Of a stretch of 64,000 bases of DNA, positions 58,042 through 64,000 are shown piece after piece (position 1 is the stretch's first letter; every line of letters starts with the position of its first letter). Source of the stretch: Podarcis gaigeae (Eukaryota); assembly GCA_964106915.2 (NCBI GenBank), contig OZ066916.1. One strand, written 5' to 3'. The notes beneath the pieces were generated by a model, which saw nothing but the letters and a program-made list of their open reading frames with translations, was not told the origin of the DNA and ran no database searches. The translations under genes were made by a program, and so were the position numbers.

Positions 58042-58604
58042 GCATTGCAGCCTTGTGTGTCCTGCTGCTTCTCACTCCCACCAGTTCTGTTGCTCTCCTC
58101 ACGTCACGCCGAGCTTTGTACCCTCACATACTTTGGTTACTGAAGTATAGCAGAGCAGACCTCTGGCTTATCCGGATTTTGGTATGATTTTAAAATATAT
58201 TAATTATGAAAGTTTGAATCTAGGGAGACAGAAATGAGGTTTAATATGACATGCCCAATAATGAACAAAGTTATTAAGTCATAATTGACATTCATTTCAC
58301 TTCTACATTTGGACAGATTTTCAGTTGCCTGGGCAGTCAGTGGACTTGCAAACTAATTTTCCTTAAGAAGAAAATGCTTGACTTGGGCTTTAATCAATGT
58401 GCTATGGTTGCTTCTCTTCACTTTTATTTTCCACATTAACTTCTATGTATGGCAGGTGCAAAATGGAATCACAGTTTATGCCACATGGACCACAATAGCC
58501 ACCCTCCTGAACTTTACATTTGTGTTGATCTACAATATGAATGTGCCCAATATGACGGCAACAGTAACCTCTCTATGCATCCTTTTCTTTGCGCTAATAG
58601 TATA
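58042..58604 (+). pseudogene. Two exons (58042-58181, 58456-58604) of an uncharacterised multi-pass membrane protein gene (QNGxxxYATWTTIA family), probably disabled
   Basis: Hydrophobic exons join in frame at DLWLIRIL|VQNGITVYATWTTIATLLNF (TTG|gtatga, ggcag|GTG). The second exon ends TA|gtgagt where a split Trp codon is expected. Other exons were not found intact. Confidence 0.6.
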
Positions 58605-61600
58605 GTGAGTGGCGCTGCCAAGCTAGGCCCATGTGATCCATTATATTCCTATTCCTAATGAACTGATATCATGTAACAACCTGGAAAATTAATCCGTCCT
58701 GCATTTTGCTCCTGCCTTGCAACGGGAACAACAAAAATAGTGACTGCACTAACACAATTTTCAGATATTAACATATCTCCAGATATAACAACATTTAGAG
58801 CACTGGGATCCTAAAGCACAAACAGCACTGAGGTTGTCAGGGACCAAAACATGAAGACAAGACTTAGCTAAGTGAGAGACCATGAACGATGTAGGTTTCA
58901 AGGCCTTATTCAGGTTCAGGAAACAGCCGTGTGCAACTTGCTTCCACACAGGTGAAGGGCTTATCTGTTCTTGACATATTCTGCAATGGTTTCCCATTAT
59001 TGCTCAGTGTCTCTTCATAATAAATGGGCACTGTCAAGGGATATCTTTTTCTTTAACCCATGCTAAATACAAATCTGTATTTCTGGGTAGTATTTTTATA
59101 TAGAGATAGAGCCCTCAGCCTCTCCCAATTAGTCTGTGGCCCATTCATGGCAAAAGGAAGTGATCCAGGGATTTGAATGGAATGAAGCCAAAACTCGGAG
59201 CCTCTTTTGATGGTACTTCTGCTCAGATACAGGGCTGAGACATTTGAGTAGCACATAAGCTCCAGGGAACTTTGCCAGAGTCATGTCTCTTGGAAGATGT
59301 CTGTGCCTGTAGCCAATTTTCTCTCTCATTCCTTAAAACTGGGCTTCCAGGAAGCAAAATTAGAAATGTGATTTCATAAGTTGCCATTATTCCTTACAGG
59401 TTCAGAGTTTATAGCTTGGTGGTCTTATAGAAGTTTTGATTGCACACTAAACTCACCCTTTTCTCTAGAATGCCGTTTTTGTTCATTCCCTTTTTAACAG
59501 AGAAACTAGCTGATGGAGTTGTTAAATCACTAGATCTCCTAGGATCTTAGATACAATTGCTCACAAGTGAAAACAAAGACCATAACCCTGTTTCCCACAG
59601 TGCCCCATCAATTGCCTGTGGGAAGCCCCGGGGGGGGGGGGGGAGAGAGAAAGCTTGCCTAGTTTTTATGACCTTCTAGTGAGTTGGTGGAAAATCAAAT
59701 GAAAAAGTCCGTCACTGTCCTCCCCCGCAAAATATCACTATATGTAACTATGTTGTTTATTAAGAAGTCTTCAGGCACAACAAGGATGGCAGGGCAAGGG
59801 ATCCTGTGATGTGAATGAGGTTCTGAGGCCCAGACCAAGCACTTCAGAACATGGTGTACCAGGTGGCCGTATCTGACTTAACCTACCTGCATATATAACA
59901 TAACATACCTGTTTATTAACAAACCAGCAGAAACAAGACTGCTTCAGCTTAACATGAATCAGAAGAAAAACAACACTTTGCAAATGACTGGAAACAAGCA
60001 CACCCACTTTACCTAATTGATATAAGTAATGCATGTAGCAGCTTACACAAGATAGCATCTAGCTTTCATAAACAAGAATGTCTTGTTTAACAGCAAGTCT
60101 CCAACAAAACTCTCTAAATGATGACGGAATGTAGTTGACAAGGCTGAGAAAATATCTGGAGAAAACAGAAGAGGAACAAATAAATGCTAGATGTACACAT
60201 TGGATGATTGCCAGCACCATAAATATCTTCAATTCAAATTGTGTTTCAGTAGTTTCTCCCCCCACCATGTGCTGTTCATTCAATGTGCAACATCTTCTTT
60301 GTGAACTGATGATAAATGTATAGGTTTTTGGGGGTTTTTACAGTGGTCACTCTGCTTCCTGGCACCAGGTGCTGAGAGAAGGAAAATCCACTTCCAAGAT
60401 GCTAAGAGATCAAATGGTCGGTTCCAATGACCTGACCCAAACCAGAAGCCTGACCAAGGTTCCCATGGCTTGCAATGGGAGAGGATGTCAGGGGCTGTCA
60501 GGAAGGCAGGTTCATCCACAGGTCAAAAGGAAGACTCGAGACTCAAAGTACAACCAGCCTGTCCTGGGTGTCTGGCCTCTGGACTCTTCCCAAGCAGACG
60601 TAAGTTACAGCAAGAAGGAGTAACACCCTCTCTGGGACTGTCTGGCCCATTGCTCAGCAATGTGCAAGGATCTTCGTGATCTTGGTGTGAGGAGGGCAGT
60701 AGAGCTCACTCTAGAGGAGCCAGCCCGCTGCTGTGAAACTGAAGCAGCGTCCAGCTCCCCCTGTCCTCTCTTTCAGATTCTGTGCTCAAACTGAGACCCT
60801 TAGCACCCAGCCCTGTCCTGGAATGGCTGCCCACCGGGTCCAGCGGTGGGTGGCATTTGCAGCAGGGTGCGCAGCTTCCCCGTCCTCCTGAAGCCACACT
60901 GTTCCACCAGCCATTGCTCTGCCTGTCCACGGCAGCCTGGGGGGCAGGGCAAGAGAAGCGGACTGTGTTGGAGCAGGCTTCACTCCAGTCTGCTCCAGAA
61001 GCATTAAAAGGGGGCCAGAGTTGATGCTGGTAGCACAGTCAGCCCCAGAGCCAACATCAAGGGACATCATCAGAAGAAGACCCAGAGAAAGGATCTTTGC
61101 TGTACCATCAGCCTTTTTCCATCTGGCTTTTCCGGGCAGAACATGCAATCTGCCTGAGCAGTGCGCCAGAGCCAGTTATAGAAGAGCTGAAGGCACTGAG
61201 TTGGCTTAGCCTTTCAAGCTCCTACCACAGCTGTAGCCAAAAGCTCTGATAGATAGGGCTCCCACCTCGGGCCTTAACTTGAAAACCAGCTGTTGTTTTT
61301 TGGAGGAGTGCCCAGATAGGCAACCAAGATCGCTGGATCTTGGTTGAGGGGGTAAGTATAGCACCTTTAATGGAAACAATCTGTGTTCAGCACCATAATT
61401 TGGCAATTGGGTCTGCCTTAATTGTCAAAATGGTTCTGACAATCCATAACTCTTTATTAGTACCTGAAAAGGCATATTAATGGGCTAACTGCCCCATGTT
61501 TGAACTAGCATTCAGTCCTCAGAGAGGGCAAAGACTTTTAGGTGGGGCATTTAAGGCATGGATGGTGGAGACGGTTTGAGCATGTTGCCGATAATACCAA

Positions 61601-62999
61601 GGTTGCAGGTTTTGGTCCCCATACAGGACTGGTGCCCATCCCTGCATGCCGGGGGGTTGGGCTAGATGGCCCAGGCTCTTTCCCAGCTCTGATGCTGGAC
61701 TCCTTTGGTACATCAGTTCGTATTGTCATGGTTTATTATATATGCTTACGTGCATGGTGGGCATGTGGTTTGCATATATGCATACATGTGTGCGTGCATG
61801 TGTATGCATGTGCTGTGTATGTGTATGCAGTATGCACATTCATAGCTGTGTGTGAGAGTGTATATGTGATCATAAATACAAGAAATAATAATAATAATAC
61901 CTTTTAAAAATCCTTTGCATATATATTCTGAATGAATTAAGTAATGTGAGTTAAACTTTGTGTTTGCACACAATGAATTCTGAGCTATTTAATTGTTCAT
62001 GGGGTGATAATTAGCCAAAGAGGGCTCTTGAGCATGGCCTCGGTACTGTATATCCCGACTGCATTTCTCCCCATGCGGGGCCAGGTTGACTACCGAAGGT
62101 GCCTCAAACTCCCTTGGCAACCTGATTGTGGGATCATGCATTGGTAGCAGCATTCTGTTTTATTTTGCAGCTTTCCTTAAGTGCATGCTTATCCTTTGTG
62201 GCTCTGTGGTTTCTCCTTGTAACTATTTGCTATATCACTCCCTAGTTATTTACAGTTCTGTCCAGTAATAATATAATTAGCCAATAATAATAACAAAAGC
62301 AAACAAACAAAGAGAAACCCAATATCAACCTCACACGCTCCCTAAAGTGGCAGCATGCCACCTGCCAGCACAACTGAACCCAGGAAATTGTTTTCTCCAC
62401 CCCACATGAGTAAGGGCACAGCAAGGGGAGCTCCCAGCCAAACTGTGCAGGTGGCAAAAAAGATCAAGAATGGGGCACTATGGGTGGGGAGGAAGCGCAT
62501 CACCACCCCCAGTAGCTGGAGGCAAGAACTCGGCAGTGGGGCATCTCCCCACTTCTAGAAGCCTGACGGCCACCAAGCATTGCACAACCAAGCGACCTGC
62601 ACTTTCTTCCAGGCGCTGGGTGAGTCCTCCCCCCGCCTTTCCCCTGATTACTCTTCTTCAAGTGAATATTGATCCTGCTCAGTCTCTAGGGACAGTAGGG
62701 ACAGAACTGTCGCCCACCTGCGGCAGCATCTGAAATGGGCCGAGGCTTGCATGGCGAGATCACGTTCTCCCTACCACCATTCATGGATGGCTAGGCACAA
62801 TAGTAGGTCTCCTTCCCCCCGTAACCTATCAGGCTGTTCTTTGAGCCCTGAACCGCATAGGTTGCAGCACAAGAGAAAAAGATCCCGCAGAACCAGGAGA
62901 AGAGGACCTAAGTGCAGACGGGACTCTTGGGATTCACTGGATTCCTCAGGCAGGTCTGACTCCTCAGATAATGACTATGAGGACCAGATTTGTGGGATG

Positions 63000-63450
63000 T
63001 GTTACATCAGTACAGTCAATTACAACATGCTTTACTTCCTGTAGTGGACAGAGACAGGGGTGTGTAACTTTCTGTTCCTGCTGTAAGTGACTCAACAGGT
63101 GAGTGTGACTCTATAAAAGCAGAGTCACGCAGCCATTTTGTCTCTGTTCGATTCAACTCTCAGTTAAGTCTCATCCATTTTGTTGTCTGCTGGCTCTCAG
63201 CCAGCAGCACTTGGGTCCATCCTCACAAAGGATGTGAGCCATGTTATATGCTTGTAACCTGAAGCGTAAAGCCTGCCTTCTAGGATGTGTACTGTGAACA
63301 ACTTCTGAGCAAACTTATTGTTGTACTTTTAAAGACAGACTCATGAGTCTTTATTGTATTTTAAGAGGCAGAAAAGGGGGCACCAGAGATAATCCATCTG
63401 GGCAAGCCAGATTGGATTAGTCACTTTGTAGAGAGTCAAACAAATCTATC
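63000..63450 (+). mobile_element. Possible solo LTR
   Basis: TGTT start, CTATAAAAG at 63111 followed by CAGCCATTTTGT; right end uncertain. Confidence 0.3.
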
Positions 63451-63769
63451 AACTAGCTTCCATGAATATAGAGGGGATTTGCTCTGCTACATCACTCACT
63501 AGCGTGAGTGAAGGAAGGATAATACTTACCGGTAACAAATATTTCCTTGCCTATTATCCTGAACATCCCCACAAGATTAATGGGTACTAGGTCACAACAG
63601 CTAAATCGCCTGGACTCCCAAAATGGGTCTGGAGAAGGAGAAGGAAGAGGCACAGGAGTGGCAATGTGTGCTGGTCCCGGGGGGAAGGTTACTGCTACCG
63701 TAGTCAAGGTTCAGTCCTGAGTCACTAGCCTGGAGATAGTCCACAAGATGAGAGGCGAGGTCCGAAACA

Positions 63770-63892
63770 GGGAGCCGGGCGGGGACAGGAACACTCGAAG
63801 ATCAGAGGCAGGAAGCCGGGCGGGGAACAGGAATGCTGGAAGGTCAGAAGCAGGAAGCCGGGCAGGGAACAGGAACACTGGAGGAACAGGAC
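63770..63892. repeat. Three imperfect ~42-bp tandem units, probably inside an LTR-type element running off the window
   Basis: GGAAGCCGGGC(G/A)GGGAACAGGAA repeated three times. Confidence 0.7.
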
Positions 63893-64000
63893 TGGATGCT
63901 GGCCGATACAGCTCTTCAATGACGACGTTGCTCCCGCAACCTGGGACCGGGCTGACTGGCCTTTATCTTCTCTGAGGCCAGGGGCGGTCCCGGCCCCCAG

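Noticed and set aside
60360-62990. GC-richer ORFs, including the Ser/Arg-rich one at 62751-63044
   Set aside because: No splice structure or recognisable domain; probably decayed retroelement sequence that I cannot classify.

Overview
Vertebrate genomic DNA, almost certainly a squamate reptile (lizard): it carries Sauria SINEs, RTE-BovB and squamate-type CR1, plus one 200-N gap. Nothing prokaryotic is present (no CRISPR, rRNA or operons). Recognisable genes: (1) opsin 5-like 2 (OPN5L2/Opn8 group), + strand, last three coding exons at 4132-6648, with the first coding exon not found; (2) a relic of methylmalonyl-CoA mutase (MMUT), - strand, consisting of only the last two exons, the penultimate one frameshifted by a 25-nt deletion; (3) an intact 5-exon galectin-related gene LGALSL, - strand, 25305-34181; (4) two exons of a probably disabled uncharacterised multi-pass membrane protein gene at 58.0-58.6 kb. 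The most unusual part is 7.7-16.4 kb, which looks like a rearrangement junction between an OPN5L2-MMUT block and an LGALSL block. It holds the MMUT relic, an unannotated run of small phase-compatible exons that could form a 64-aa protein or splice in frame into the MMUT relic, an L1 insertion with a 26-bp duplication, an inverted copy of part of the opsin nested with a solo LTR inside a split SINE, an AT-to-GC substitution bias, and an orphan CpG-island promoter. The rest is mostly TE-rich intronic or intergenic DNA, including a young 3.3-kb CR1 and a decayed near-full-length BovB. Family assignments come from recalled protein and repeat motifs; no searches were run.
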